A stretch of DNA of 64,000 bases from Candidatus Omnitrophota bacterium (GTDB lineage Bacteria > Omnitrophota > Gorgyraeia > Tantalellales > Tantalellaceae), in NCBI GenBank assembly GCA_049643885.1, contig JBARQV010000028.1:12716-76715 (forward strand), read 5' to 3'. The notes beneath the pieces were generated by a model that saw nothing but the letters and a program-made list of their open reading frames with translations, was not told where the DNA came from and searched no databases. Positions 46,490 to 56,364 of the stretch are shown one piece after another. How positions within the stretch are numbered: the first letter of the stretch is position 1; every line of letters starts with the position of its first letter. The position numbers and the translations under genes were made by a program.

Positions 46490-47295
46490 CGATGAGGAAA
46501 GCAAGCAGGTTACAGCTTAAGAACATCCGGAGGCTTCTGAAAGAGAAAAAGGCGCGTGATTTTGAAGGTCTCTTTGTCGCGGAAGGCGAAAAAATGGTAA
46601 AGGACATGCTTTTCAAAAAGCACCTTATCGATTCTGTTTTTGTATCAGCATCTTATGCCGGGGAGCCCGGGGCGAAAGAGCATATCGATGCGTTTGAAGA
46701 AAAGGGCATTTCCGTTTACACCGTAGGCGACGCCGAATTTGACAAGGTCTCTTCTCTCCGTCATTCTCAGAGCATTCTCGCGGTAGCCAATAAGCCTTGC
46801 GCTGCAGTCGATCCTTTTTCGCTCGGCGGGAACGCTGTTATCGTATTATGCGACGGTATCCAGGACCCCGGGAACCTGGGGACTATCATAAGGACGTCAG
46901 CGGCGATGGGTGCTGATCTTGTAATGCTCTCCGGGGAATGCGCGGACATATGCAATCCAAAGGTCGTCCGGGCTTCAAGCGGGGCAATACTTGACGTACC
47001 TTTGTCGGAGTGTGATACGGGCATGCTGGACCGGCTTAAAAAAGAAGGTTATTATTTACTGGTCAGCCAGGTCTCAAAAGAGAAGAGCGTGGATTTAGCT
47101 AAGCTTAAGAGCCTTCCGGAAAGGATCGTTGTCGCATTCGGAAGCGAAGGTCAGGGAGTTGCAAAGGAAACGCTTGAAAGGGCAAACCGGCTTTTTCACA
47201 TCCCTATTTCAGAGAAGACGGAATCGCTGAACGTGACCTCGGCAGTCGCCATCGCCCTGTACGCTATACGCTATATGCTAGATGCTAAAAAGTAG
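46486..47295 (+). CDS. TrmH-family RNA methyltransferase (second SpoU paralogue)
   Basis: DGIQDPGNLGTIIRTSAAMG, VAFGSEGQGV, ESLNVTSAVAIALY. Confidence 0.7.
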   Translation: MTMRKASRLQLKNIRRLLKEKKARDFEGLFVAEGEKMVKDMLFKKHLIDSVFVSASYAGEPGAKEHIDAFEEKGISVYTVGDAEFDKVSSLRHSQSILAVANKPCAAVDPFSLGGNAVIVLCDGIQDPGNLGTIIRTSAAMGADLVMLSGECADICNPKVVRASSGAILDVPLSECDTGMLDRLKKEGYYLLVSQVSKEKSVDLAKLKSLPERIVVAFGSEGQGVAKETLERANRLFHIPISEKTESLNVTSAVAIALYAIRYMLDAKK

Positions 47296-47623
47296 GAGGC
47301 TAAAAGTGGAAAAGCTATGCATCGTATATGTGACGACTTCAGACCAAGAAGAGGCAGAAAAAATAGGCAAAGAACTTGTATCACGGCGGCTTGCGGCCTG
47401 TGTGAACATATTTGATAAGATGACCTCATTTTACAGGTGGGAAGGCAAGGAACAAAAAGACGAAGAAGCCGTTCTACTTATCAAGACAAGAGAGTCGCTG
47501 TTCCCGGAATTAGAGAAAGCCATCAGAGGCATGCACAGTTATTCCTGCCCGTGCATCGAAGCGATCCCGGTTCTGCATGTAAACGAAGATTACGCGAACT
47601 GGGTTGCAAACGAGACGCAATAG
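47282..47623 (+). CDS. cutA: divalent-cation tolerance protein CutA
   Basis: [32 protein letters not shown]...SFYRWEGK...[13 protein letters not shown]. Confidence 0.8.
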   Translation: MLKSRRLKVEKLCIVYVTTSDQEEAEKIGKELVSRRLAACVNIFDKMTSFYRWEGKEQKDEEAVLLIKTRESLFPELEKAIRGMHSYSCPCIEAIPVLHVNEDYANWVANETQ

Positions 47624-47631
47624 GAGACTTT

Positions 47632-48048
47632 ATGAAGTCATATAAAGAGGAATTATGGTTTAAAACCCCGCACAGGCGGGATTATATCAATATAACGTCT
47701 CAGGTAGAAGAGATCGTCCGCAAAAGCGGCATCAAGGAGGGGCTTTGCCTGGTAAATGCCATGCATATAACCGCCAGCGTCTATATCAATGATGACGAAC
47801 CCGGACTGATAGAAGATTTTGACGACTGGCTTGAAGAACTTGCTCCGCACGACCCCGTCGACCATTACCGCCATAATATCGGTGAAGACAACGGGGATGC
47901 CCATTTAAAAAGGCAGGTAATGGGACGGGAAGTGGTGGTCGCCATTACCGGCGGTAATCTGGATTTCGGCCCTTGGGAGCAGATATTTTACGGCGAGTTC
48001 GACGGACGCCGCCGGAAAAGGGTCCTTGTCAAAGTCATCGGCGAATAA
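47632..48048 (+). CDS. yjbQ: YjbQ/UPF0047 family protein (secondary thiamine-phosphate synthase-like)
   Basis: [12 protein letters not shown]...[27 protein letters not shown]...[30 protein letters not shown]. The longer ORF (47437) overlaps cutA in another frame and is not believed. Confidence 0.75.
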   Translation: MKSYKEELWFKTPHRRDYINITSQVEEIVRKSGIKEGLCLVNAMHITASVYINDDEPGLIEDFDDWLEELAPHDPVDHYRHNIGEDNGDAHLKRQVMGREVVVAITGGNLDFGPWEQIFYGEFDGRRRKRVLVKVIGE

Positions 48049-48145
48049 TCCAACATCCAGTATCCAGTATATTTTATCCATTATCCAATTTAACATCCTT
48101 CCTTCTGTATGATATACTTTATGGGCGGAGGTCATAGGTAGAGCC

Positions 48146-48583
48146 ATGGAAGATATAAACAGAATGTCAAGCGAAGAACTTAAGGAGTATATCCTTGAGC
48201 AGCTCGATGAAATGGGGATCGCTCCCGGGACAGTAGAGGTCAGGGTTCTCAGGGGTCCCAAGGTGGTGCTGGGGGGCAAGATCGATTCCGGCCGGATACG
48301 TGACCTTATCATAAAAACCGTCCGTGATATGGCCGGAATAGTAAGTGTTGTCGATGAGCTCGTCGTGGCTGAGGAAGAATATGAGGATTACGGGGAAGAG
48401 GGAATGCACGAAGAATGTGAATTATATGATGAAGATAATGAGTACATGGGCAGTGAGGACGTATTCCGGGCTGTAGAAGACGGCGTTCCTTATATTCCGC
48501 CGACAGAACCTCCGGCCGGTGGATCTTCGGAACTTTCCGAACGAGGCAAAAAGCGCAAAAAGAAACCGGGAAGGTCCGGTTAA
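48146..48583 (+). CDS. BON-domain protein with acidic C-terminal tail
   Basis: VEVRVLRGPKVVLGGKIDSGRIRDLIIKTVRDMAGIVSVVDELVV is BON-like. Confidence 0.5.
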   Translation: MEDINRMSSEELKEYILEQLDEMGIAPGTVEVRVLRGPKVVLGGKIDSGRIRDLIIKTVRDMAGIVSVVDELVVAEEEYEDYGEEGMHEECELYDEDNEYMGSEDVFRAVEDGVPYIPPTEPPAGGSSELSERGKKRKKKPGRSG

Positions 48584-48586
48584 AAA

Positions 48587-48811
48587 ATGGAAATGCAGTG
48601 GTATTATAGGCCTTGGGTCGTATTTTTTGCCATTCTTCTCTTTGGACCTCTGGGGCTTTTGCTTTTATGGTTCCGGCCTAACACAAAGCTTTCCTTAAAG
48701 ATAGTAATAACCGTGTTGGTAATGGCTCTGACAGTATGGATGGTGCATGGGTCTTTTGTGGTGTACGGCAGAATGATCGATTACTATAAGGAACTGGGCG
48801 AGCTTGTATGA
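48587..48811 (+). CDS. small membrane protein (2 TM)
   Basis: WVVFFAILLFGPLGLLLLWF and IVITVLVMALTVWMV hydrophobic helices. Confidence 0.4.
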   Translation: MEMQWYYRPWVVFFAILLFGPLGLLLLWFRPNTKLSLKIVITVLVMALTVWMVHGSFVVYGRMIDYYKELGELV

Positions 48812-48849
48812 GGAGAACCGCTGTTAAGTGATAGAAGGGGGTTTGGTTT

Positions 48850-49029
48850 ATGTTTGGTTTGGGATTACCGGAGATATTATTAATATTGGTCATCGCTTTG
48901 CTTATATTTGGTGCGGCAAAGCTGCCGGAAATAGGGAGAGCTTTGGGCAAGGCGTTAAGTGAGTTCAAAAAAGGGACCCAGGAATTTACCGAGGAAAAAG
49001 AGAAAAAAGATAGCAATAAAAACGAATGA
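48850..49029 (+). CDS. tatA: twin-arginine translocase subunit TatA (59 aa; absent from the ORF track)
   Basis: [42 protein letters not shown] is canonical TatA/E; its stop overlaps the tatC start (ATGA). Confidence 0.85.
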   Translation: MFGLGLPEILLILVIALLIFGAAKLPEIGRALGKALSEFKKGTQEFTEEKEKKDSNKNE

Positions 49030-49766
49030 GTGCTCTTTATCCGGAAGAAACAAAAAAGCTTGATGTAGTCAGTCATCTTGAAGAGCTGCGTAAGAGAATA
49101 CTTTTCTGCCTGGCCGCGTTCCTTATAGCCAGCATATTTTGCTTCATCAAAGGAAATGTCCTGATGATGATAATGCGCAGGCCGTTAGAGGGCCTTGTGG
49201 CGGAACTGATATTCATCGGTCCCACCGAAGCCTTTGTGGCTTATCTTAAAACCGCGCTGCTGGCGGGTTTCATAATATCATTCCCTGTAGTATTGTATCA
49301 TCTCTGGGCGTTTCTCTCCCCCGCAGTGCCGAAAGGCACCAGGCATCATGTCGTCATATGGCTTGTTTTCGCGCTTGTGTTCTTTTTTTCGGGGGTTGCC
49401 TTCTCATACTATATCGCGGTGCCCCTTGCCCTTAATTTTTTGATCGATTTCGGGAAAGAGTGGGCCTCTGCCAAGATAACTCTCGGCAAGTATATCTCGT
49501 TTTTTGCAGCATTGACCCTGATCGGAGGCATCGTCTTCCAGATCCCTATCATAATGGGGCTGCTGGCGGACGCTGGTATCATGGAATCCGCTGTACTCAG
49601 GAGAAAACGTCATTATGCGCTGTTGGTCATCCTCGTTTTCGCGGCTATTATAACTCCCACCCAGGATGTGATGAACATGCTGCTTTTTGCCGTTCCGATG
49701 GTAGCCCTCTTCGAGATAGGCCTGATCGTTTCAAGGGTCGTGGAAAATGGAAAACGAAGGAGGTAA
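49026..49766 (+). CDS. tatC: twin-arginine translocase subunit TatC
   Basis: [19 protein letters not shown]..., six TM helices, 246 aa. Confidence 0.88.
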   Translation: MSALYPEETKKLDVVSHLEELRKRILFCLAAFLIASIFCFIKGNVLMMIMRRPLEGLVAELIFIGPTEAFVAYLKTALLAGFIISFPVVLYHLWAFLSPAVPKGTRHHVVIWLVFALVFFFSGVAFSYYIAVPLALNFLIDFGKEWASAKITLGKYISFFAALTLIGGIVFQIPIIMGLLADAGIMESAVLRRKRHYALLVILVFAAIITPTQDVMNMLLFAVPMVALFEIGLIVSRVVENGKRRR

Positions 49767-49771
49767 CGAAA

Positions 49772-50080
49772 ATGATAGCCGAATTGAGCATTATTCCCGT
49801 AGGCGAAGGCGTTTCTATCAGCCCGTATGTGGCAAAGACCGCCAAGATCATAGACGAAAGCGGACTTGATTATAAGATCAACCCCATGGGCACGGTAGTG
49901 GAAGGGGAAATAGATGAGATCCTTGGCCTTATCAAGAAATGCCATAAGGCTGTAATGGAGGATGCCCAGAGAGTGATCATTATGGTCGAGATGGATGATC
50001 GTAAAGACAAGGGCCCCTCGCGTATGGAAAAAAAGGTAGAATCGGTAGAGGAAAAAGTCGGGAAGCCGCTGAGGAAATGA
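49772..50080 (+). CDS. MTH1187/YkoF-family (DUF77) thiamine-binding-like protein
   Basis: MIAELSIIPVGEGVSISPYVAKTAKIIDESGLDYKINPMGTVVEGE. Confidence 0.75.
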   Translation: MIAELSIIPVGEGVSISPYVAKTAKIIDESGLDYKINPMGTVVEGEIDEILGLIKKCHKAVMEDAQRVIIMVEMDDRKDKGPSRMEKKVESVEEKVGKPLRK

Positions 50081-50139
50081 AGCTACATGGGCTGACGCCC
50101 TTGGCATCCTTTGTTTCAGGGTTCCGGCAAGCGGAATCC

Positions 50140-50190
50140 TGCACCGAAGGCCATTCATCCATGCCCTCACGGACATGGCCTTCTGGTGCA
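50140..50190. repeat. long hairpin (TGCACCGAAGGCCAT ... ATGGCCTTCTGGTGCA, ~14 bp stem with a 20-nt loop) after the ykoF-like gene
   Basis: Inverted repeat read directly from the sequence; no U-tract follows it; a promoter lies 30 nt downstream. Confidence 0.5.
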
Positions 50191-50220
50191 CGGGTAAAAT
50201 AAGGCATTTTGAGGAAATAC

Positions 50221-50247
50221 TTGTCAAAATGTCCCGCATGATATAAT
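50221..50247 (+). promoter_or_regulatory. putative sigma70 promoter (TTGTCA-N15-TATAAT) for the RR/HK/pilin operon
   Basis: TTGTCA at 50221-50226; TATAAT at 50242-50247; GGGGTG RBS and ATG at 50296. Confidence 0.45.
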
Positions 50248-50295
50248 ATATTATCGTAATAATATACGTATACCTTATTCTAATCAAGGGGTGAT

Positions 50296-50688
50296 ATGGA
50301 CAAGATCCTGTTGGTCGAAGATGAACGGCTCATTTCAGATGTCATGGCCAGGTTTTTGCAGCAAAAAGGGTTTCACGTTGATACTGCTTATACCTTGCAG
50401 GAAGGACTCGATAAGTACAGCACCGACCATATCGTAGTCCTTCTGGACATTGCTTTGGGAAACGAGACGAGCTTTCCGCTCCTCAAAAAGATAAAAGAGG
50501 AAAATCCCAAGACCATCGTGATCATGGTCAGTGGCCGTTCCAGCGAGGAAAATATCAGGGAGGCGACGAAGCTCGGCGCAGATGCCTTCGTCTCGAAACC
50601 TTTTAAACGCGAATATCTTGAGTACGTCATCCTTTCCAAGATCAGGGCGGCGCAGAAAGAACAGACGGGCGGCGCGGACAGCCAGTAG
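50296..50688 (+). CDS. single-domain response regulator (CheY-like receiver)
   Basis: ILLVEDE, phospho-acceptor D in VVLLDIALG, K in SKPF. Confidence 0.8.
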   Translation: MDKILLVEDERLISDVMARFLQQKGFHVDTAYTLQEGLDKYSTDHIVVLLDIALGNETSFPLLKKIKEENPKTIVIMVSGRSSEENIREATKLGADAFVSKPFKREYLEYVILSKIRAAQKEQTGGADSQ

Positions 50689-50717
50689 TATCAGATAACC
50701 TTTTTTAGGCAGGGGGC

Positions 50718-51701
50718 ATGAAACAAAAGAAGTTCACCAAAACCGACTCCGAAATGGAACTTGTGATGGAAGAACTGCGGGAAAACCCGTATCACAGGTT
50801 CGAAGCGGCTTTCGCCTTGATGAGCATCCTGCCTTTTTTGGCTTTTCTGTATCTTCTGGCGGTAAGGCTATTTTCGCTCAATATATTCGTAGGTGATGTA
50901 GGTCTTATCCTTTTCGTATCATTGACACTCTCTCTTTGCGGGTTTTTTCTGGGGTACAGGGAGATAAGAAGGAGTCTTAATAAAGTGGTTTTTTATGCTG
51001 CCAAGGCAAAGCACAGCGACCAGATGAAATCTAAGTTTGTTGCTACTGTGTCCCACGACCTTAGAAATCCTCTCTTTGTGCTTGAAGCCAATGTGACCGA
51101 TCTTAACGGGGGATTATTCGGCGTGATCAACGAAAAGCAAAAAGGCGTCCTCGATGTCTGCCAGGAAGTAGTAGAGCGCATGGTGAAACTTGTTAATGAC
51201 CTTTTGGACCTGTACAAGATAGAGGCCGGGTTGGTCACGCTCAATAAAAAGAAATGCAGTTTGTTCGCGATAATGGAGACGCAGATAAAAGAGCTAGAGG
51301 TCATGATGGAAAGAAAAAACATAAAATTCAGCAAGGAGATCCAGAAACAGGAGCAGCTTTCCATCAGTGTCGACGAAGAGAGGATCGCCCAGGTCATAAA
51401 CAATATCCTGGGCAACGCGATAAAATTTACTTCCGAGGGAGGAAGTGTCGAGGTTAGACTGTATCCGACAAACGGGTTTATAAGGTTCGAATGCAAGGAC
51501 AGCGGGGAAAATATCCCCCAGGAGAAGCTTATAAAGATATTCGATAAATTCGAGAGGTTAGATACGGACAAGAAGGGATCCGGGCTCGGCTTGGCGATCT
51601 CAAAAGACATCATCGAGCTTCATAAAGGCAATATCTGGGCCGAAACCATACCCGGCAAGGGGAATAGATTTGTCTTCGTCCTTCCTCGTGAAGAAAAATA
51701 A
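50718..51701 (+). CDS. sensor histidine kinase (2 TM, HisKA + HATPase_c)
   Basis: H-box SHDLRNPL; N/G1/G2 boxes NAIKFT..., GSGLGLAISKDII. Confidence 0.8.
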   Translation: MKQKKFTKTDSEMELVMEELRENPYHRFEAAFALMSILPFLAFLYLLAVRLFSLNIFVGDVGLILFVSLTLSLCGFFLGYREIRRSLNKVVFYAAKAKHSDQMKSKFVATVSHDLRNPLFVLEANVTDLNGGLFGVINEKQKGVLDVCQEVVERMVKLVNDLLDLYKIEAGLVTLNKKKCSLFAIMETQIKELEVMMERKNIKFSKEIQKQEQLSISVDEERIAQVINNILGNAIKFTSEGGSVEVRLYPTNGFIRFECKDSGENIPQEKLIKIFDKFERLDTDKKGSGLGLAISKDIIELHKGNIWAETIPGKGNRFVFVLPREEK

Positions 51702-51731
51702 CAATGGTTCAAGACACCCTACTTTAATTAC

Positions 51732-52175
51732 ATGATCGAAAAACCTATCATGAGATTTTTTCGCAATTCATTCCCTAGCCGCGCAAAGCAAAAAGGTTTC
51801 ACGCTGGTAGAACTCATGGTCGTTTCCTTCGTCCTGATCGGCATCATTGTCGCTATATGGGGCATCTTGATAACCTCTTTGAATTATATCACCATGGCAA
51901 GGGAAGAGGTGATAGCCGTTGATGACCTCAAAGACGTGATGGAGACGCTCGGGAATGTCCCTTTTACGGAATTGACCGATGTTTTCCCGAACGGGGGGTC
52001 AGTTGATCCTGACCTGATCGGGGGTTTTCTTCTGGATAACGAGGTGATAGTGGTAAGGTATCCTCAGGGAACGGGCATCGACCCTCTGGAAGTAGAGGTC
52101 GAGCTTACCTGGACCGGCAACACAGGGGCGGTGCGGTCGCATATTTTCAAAACAGTTAAGACCAGGTACATATGA
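51732..52175 (+). CDS. prepilin-type N-terminal cleavage/methylation domain protein (minor pilin/pseudopilin; likely start 51750)
   Basis: KGFTLVELMVVSFVLIGIIVAIWG class III signal. Confidence 0.75.
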   Translation: MIEKPIMRFFRNSFPSRAKQKGFTLVELMVVSFVLIGIIVAIWGILITSLNYITMAREEVIAVDDLKDVMETLGNVPFTELTDVFPNGGSVDPDLIGGFLLDNEVIVVRYPQGTGIDPLEVEVELTWTGNTGAVRSHIFKTVKTRYI

Positions 52176-52729
52176 ACAGGAGAGGGTTTACATTTGTTGA
52201 AGTCTTGTTTGTCGCCGGGGTGCTTGTCATCCTCACGGCGGCGCTTTTGACGGCCAGCGTCCAGATGCGCACTGTTTTCCAGGCGACGGATATCTCGGCA
52301 GAACTTCACGAAGAGGCCCGGCTGGCTGTCAACGCCATGATGCTGGAACTTAGAAAGACGTCACGGACGCAGATCGCGATAACCCAGGATCATCCCGAGT
52401 CAGGCACTGATAGGATAATCTTTAACGTTCCCGCCGATTCGGATGAGGACGGGGTTCCTGAGATCTCCAGTGGAAGCATCGTCTGGGATTCTGGCCCCGT
52501 GACCATAAGGATAGAGGACCAGGATGGGGAGAAACAGCTTGTCATGGAGCATGGCGCGGATAAAAAAGTTTTAGCCGAGAACATTAAAAGTATAAACTTC
52601 ATAGATCAGAACATCGACCCTTCTCTTTATATGGACGAACTCAGGATAGTCCTGGAATTGGAGAAGGCCGGCGGCGGTGAAGATGTTTACAGCTTTGTCT
52701 TTACTTCCGTGGTAAACATGAGGAATTAA
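52172..52729 (+). CDS. prepilin-like minor pilin (PilW-like)
   Basis: MNRRGFTFVEVLFVAGVLVILTAALL. Confidence 0.7.
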   Translation: MNRRGFTFVEVLFVAGVLVILTAALLTASVQMRTVFQATDISAELHEEARLAVNAMMLELRKTSRTQIAITQDHPESGTDRIIFNVPADSDEDGVPEISSGSIVWDSGPVTIRIEDQDGEKQLVMEHGADKKVLAENIKSINFIDQNIDPSLYMDELRIVLELEKAGGGEDVYSFVFTSVVNMRN

Positions 52730-52730
52730 G

Positions 52731-54428
52731 ATGTTAGCATTCAGCATCCGTAACCAGAAAGGCTCGGTCATGATCACGGCGTTTGTGGCCATATTCGCGT
52801 TGGGCATACTCGCCGTGGCCTCGGTGCAGAGGGCTACGACTGAATATAATCTTGCAAATAGATACAGGCTTTCGACAGAGATCTATTATGTCGCCGAAGC
52901 GGGGACCGAGAAAGTCGCTTATGACCTGGCCCGGAAAGTGGCTGATTACGAGGATGAACCGGCTGGCGCGACGGACAGCTGGGACGAATTGCAATTTACG
53001 CAAACCGATTATCTGGGAACGGAGTTTGATATAGACGTCACCGTCGAGTCCATGGATACCGACCAGACAGACGTCGATCCCGACGGCATCATCACCATTT
53101 TAAGGCATTACAAGATAACATCCTTAGTCACGGATACCGGCAGCGGGATATCTACTACCATCTGCCAGGTAGTGGCGCGCAAGAAAAGATTAACATTCCA
53201 ACATGCTATTTTTTATGCGGTTGACCTGGAACTTCTTCCGGGAAGGAATATGACTTTAACTGGAAAAGTACACGGTAATAAGGATATATATATCGCAGGT
53301 GATTATCTTGCCAGTCTTACCATAGATGCTGAATATTTACGATCTGCCGGGCATATTTACAATATGCGCAAGGATTCCGACAGGGTGCCTGACGGTTCGG
53401 TTCGGATAAAGATAAAGGACTCTTCCGACTACGCTTATATGAAGGAAGGGGGTGACACGGAGGCCTTGGATTCAAGGAGGAGCGATTGGGCTAGCACATC
53501 ACAGAGTCGTTGGGGCGGGTCCGTAATGAGCGGTGTCCACGGCGTTACGTCGCTTGCGGCTCCTGAAATAGCTTCCACCCAGCCCGATGGCTATTACGCC
53601 ACCCAGGCTGACCTTTATATAACTAATAACAGCGCCCATGAGGGAGGATCGGTTTTGGTCGAAGGAGTCGATATTCCCACAGGAACTTTTACGGTCAGCG
53701 ATTCTTTCTATAACCACAGGGAAGGCAAATATATAAAAACGACAAATATTGACGTGCTGAAGCTGGCAGGCTGGGAGCAGCAGTTGGATGGTGAAGGACA
53801 ACCTATGGTAGACGGGGAAGGCAACCCGGTATATGCGCAGAATTATCCTAACCATCTACCGGCTGATGGGCTTCTTTATGCTACAAGGGACGATGTCGAG
53901 GAAACAAAACAGGGCGGGATCCGGCTCTTAAATGGCTCTTGGATAGATAATACAAATGGATTGACCGCGGTTTCCGAGTTCCCTATCTATATCCAGGGAG
54001 ATTTTAACACTGTTAACAAGAAGAAGGCGGCTATAATTTGCGACGCGGCGCATATTGTATCTAATAACTGGGTCGACGCCAACAGCCAAGGCGCCGTTGA
54101 TAGCAGGAAAGCGTCTGCAACCGTGGTCAACGCTGCCATTATATCCGGGGTATATGAAACCGACTGGGGTGATTACGGCGGCGGAGTCGAAAACCTTGTC
54201 AGGTTTCATGAAGATTGGGGGGGCGTAACGCTTACTATGCGCGGTTCATTCGTGGCTTTATGGGATGCTCAGGTGGCGACAGGGTCCTGGAATAATTCAA
54301 GTTATGTGCCGCCGATCAGGGACTGGGATTTCGATACAGATTTTTTCAATAGCGACAACCTTCCGGCGTATACTCCTTATGCCGTGGAAGTAGAAAGAGT
54401 GGCCTGGTACAAGAAGAGTACATCGTAA
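52731..54428 (+). CDS. PilX-N-terminal-domain pilus assembly/tip protein (565 aa)
   Basis: IRNQKGSVMITAFVAIFALGILAVASVQ matches the PilX_N signature. Large Gly/Asp/Trp-rich C-terminal region. Confidence 0.6.
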   Translation: MLAFSIRNQKGSVMITAFVAIFALGILAVASVQRATTEYNLANRYRLSTEIYYVAEAGTEKVAYDLARKVADYEDEPAGATDSWDELQFTQTDYLGTEFDIDVTVESMDTDQTDVDPDGIITILRHYKITSLVTDTGSGISTTICQVVARKKRLTFQHAIFYAVDLELLPGRNMTLTGKVHGNKDIYIAGDYLASLTIDAEYLRSAGHIYNMRKDSDRVPDGSVRIKIKDSSDYAYMKEGGDTEALDSRRSDWASTSQSRWGGSVMSGVHGVTSLAAPEIASTQPDGYYATQADLYITNNSAHEGGSVLVEGVDIPTGTFTVSDSFYNHREGKYIKTTNIDVLKLAGWEQQLDGEGQPMVDGEGNPVYAQNYPNHLPADGLLYATRDDVEETKQGGIRLLNGSWIDNTNGLTAVSEFPIYIQGDFNTVNKKKAAIICDAAHIVSNNWVDANSQGAVDSRKASATVVNAAIISGVYETDWGDYGGGVENLVRFHEDWGGVTLTMRGSFVALWDAQVATGSWNNSSYVPPIRDWDFDTDFFNSDNLPAYTPYAVEVERVAWYKKSTS

Positions 54429-54468
54429 CCCTCGAACTCGGGATCATACTTGCCGTTCTGGTGCATTC

Positions 54469-55197
54469 ATGAGCAAAAATAAGAGTAACGAGTATTACAG
54501 CAATAAGGTAAGGTCTGCCTACGAGGAATTAAAAAAAGCCTACCGGCAGCTCAGGGATTCTCATATAGAGATGATATTCCGTTTGGCTCTTATGGCGGAA
54601 TACCGCGACGTGACGACAGGCACTCACCTGGTGCGGATCGCTGATTACAGCGAGGTAATCGCCGAAGGTCTCGGCCTGCCGAAACGTGAGATCGAGATCA
54701 TAAGATACGCGAGCCCCATGCACGACATCGGGAAGATAATACTTCCCGATTCCATCCTCAAGAAAAAGGAGAAACTTACCCCCTCCGAATGGAAGCTTAT
54801 CAGGAAACACCCGCTGGTAGGGGGAGAGATATTTAAGAACGCGCGGACTCCCGTTCTCAGGGCCTGCGGCATCGTAGCTCTTACCCATCACGAAAGATTT
54901 GACGGGAAAGGATATCCCCGGGGCCTGAAGGGTAACCGCATACCTCTTTACGGGAGGATCGTAGGGTTGGCGGACTATTTCGACGCTTTGACCTCCAAAC
55001 GTTCCTATAAAAAAGCTTATCCGTTCGATAAGTCGGTATCGATGGTCCTTGAAAATGCCGGCAGTTTCTTCGGTCCGGCCGTGGTGATATCGTTCATGCG
55101 CCATAAGAAAAGAGTAAAAGCAATATGGGAAGCCAATCAGGACATAGAAAAATTCTTAAGAGGGATGAGGATCAGACAGAACCATATAATCAAGTAA
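54469..55197 (+). CDS. HD-GYP domain c-di-GMP phosphodiesterase-like protein
   Basis: HDIGKI and HHERFDGKGYP motifs. Confidence 0.8.
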   Translation: MSKNKSNEYYSNKVRSAYEELKKAYRQLRDSHIEMIFRLALMAEYRDVTTGTHLVRIADYSEVIAEGLGLPKREIEIIRYASPMHDIGKIILPDSILKKKEKLTPSEWKLIRKHPLVGGEIFKNARTPVLRACGIVALTHHERFDGKGYPRGLKGNRIPLYGRIVGLADYFDALTSKRSYKKAYPFDKSVSMVLENAGSFFGPAVVISFMRHKKRVKAIWEANQDIEKFLRGMRIRQNHIIK

Positions 55198-55219
55198 AAA
55201 AAAAGGGGGGGGGGGGGGG
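55196..55219 (+). repeat. homopolymer tracts A9 + G15 immediately upstream of a start codon
   Basis: taAAAAAAAAA GGGGGGGGGGGGGGG atcATG; G-run 55205-55219; ATG at 55223. Confidence 0.9.
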
Positions 55220-55222
55220 ATC

Positions 55223-55405
55223 ATGGCGAAAAAGGCGTTAAAACTGAGAAAACTGGCGAATTCGCAAGTAAAGGCCTTTAAGATCAAGAACCGCAGGGGT
55301 TATGCGGCGACCTGCATGAATAACCTGACGGAAGGCAGGACAGTCGCCCAGGCCCTGAGTAGAATGAACAAGGCTTTAAAGCGCAGCGGATACACTCTTG
55401 GATAA
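55223..55405 (+). CDS. small basic hypothetical protein (60 aa)
   Basis: Lys/Arg-rich 60-aa ORF; no family recognised. Confidence 0.35.
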   Translation: MAKKALKLRKLANSQVKAFKIKNRRGYAATCMNNLTEGRTVAQALSRMNKALKRSGYTLG

Positions 55406-56364
55406 TGTCAAATGACAAATGTAAGATACTGGTTACGGGGGCGACAGGTTTTATCGGCAGGAGATTAGTAGAAAGCCTTGTGGAGAAGGGGCACGAACCG
55501 GTATGTCTCGTAAGAAAGACCAGCGATGTCGGATCTTTAAAGGAAAAGGGATTAGCGCTTTCCGTCGCCGACATCACTGATGCCGGACAGGTGGAAAAGG
55601 TTTTTCTCGAGGCCGGGCCTGAGGTTGTCTACCATTGCGCGGCAAGAGTGAAAGGTAACCGGGAAGAGCTTTCCCAGGCGAATGTCCGCGGCACCAGTAA
55701 CATATGCCAGGCCTGTTATGATCATGGCGTCAAAAGATTTATTTACCTTAGCTCCATCGCTGTGATCAGCGGGAACGAAGAGATCCCGCTGAATGACCGT
55801 CTCCCCTATAAAGCGAATAATGAGTACGGCAGGTCAAAAGCCATGGCCGAACAAATAGTAGTAGACTTCCGGCGCAAGGGATTGCCCGCGGCGATTTTAA
55901 GGCCATGCATGGTCTACGGAGAAGATGAGCCTCATGCCCTGGACTGGATATTAAAAGCCGTGATGCGGCGCCGGGTACCGGTTCTTGATTTCCCGGGGAT
56001 GGATGCGAGGCTGCAGCTTGTCCACATCGATAATGTGGTCCGGATGATGGAGCTGGCATTAGAGAAGCAAGAGGCGCTAGAGGGGACTTATATCGTCGCG
56101 GACAGGGAGATATTGACTATCAGGAAATTTTTTGAGCTATTGTATGACGAATTGGACGCGGGAGACCCTCCCGTTGTGCCTGGGTGGGCTGTTAAAATAG
56201 GGATGTCCGTGCCTTTTGTGAAGGGTAAAATAAACCGTTACTTTAAAGACAGGGTTTACGATATTTCCCGGGGCAGGGATCTTCTCGGTTATACCCCTGC
56301 GATCTCTACCGAAGAGGGCCTGAGAAAAACGGTAAGATATTGGAAAAATAAATGTCAAAAATAA
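55405..56364 (+). CDS. NAD-dependent epimerase/dehydratase (extended SDR)
   Basis: ILVTGATGFIGRRLVESL Rossmann motif; YxxxK (YGRSK). Confidence 0.8.
   Translation: MSNDKCKILVTGATGFIGRRLVESLVEKGHEPVCLVRKTSDVGSLKEKGLALSVADITDAGQVEKVFLEAGPEVVYHCAARVKGNREELSQANVRGTSNICQACYDHGVKRFIYLSSIAVISGNEEIPLNDRLPYKANNEYGRSKAMAEQIVVDFRRKGLPAAILRPCMVYGEDEPHALDWILKAVMRRRVPVLDFPGMDARLQLVHIDNVVRMMELALEKQEALEGTYIVADREILTIRKFFELLYDELDAGDPPVVPGWAVKIGMSVPFVKGKINRYFKDRVYDISRGRDLLGYTPAISTEEGLRKTVRYWKNKCQK

Noticed and set aside
47437-48048. 203-aa ORF extending yjbQ upstream across cutA
   Set aside because: Its N-terminal 65 residues overlap cutA in another frame and are Arg-rich nonsense. YjbQ homology begins at [10 protein letters not shown] (47632).
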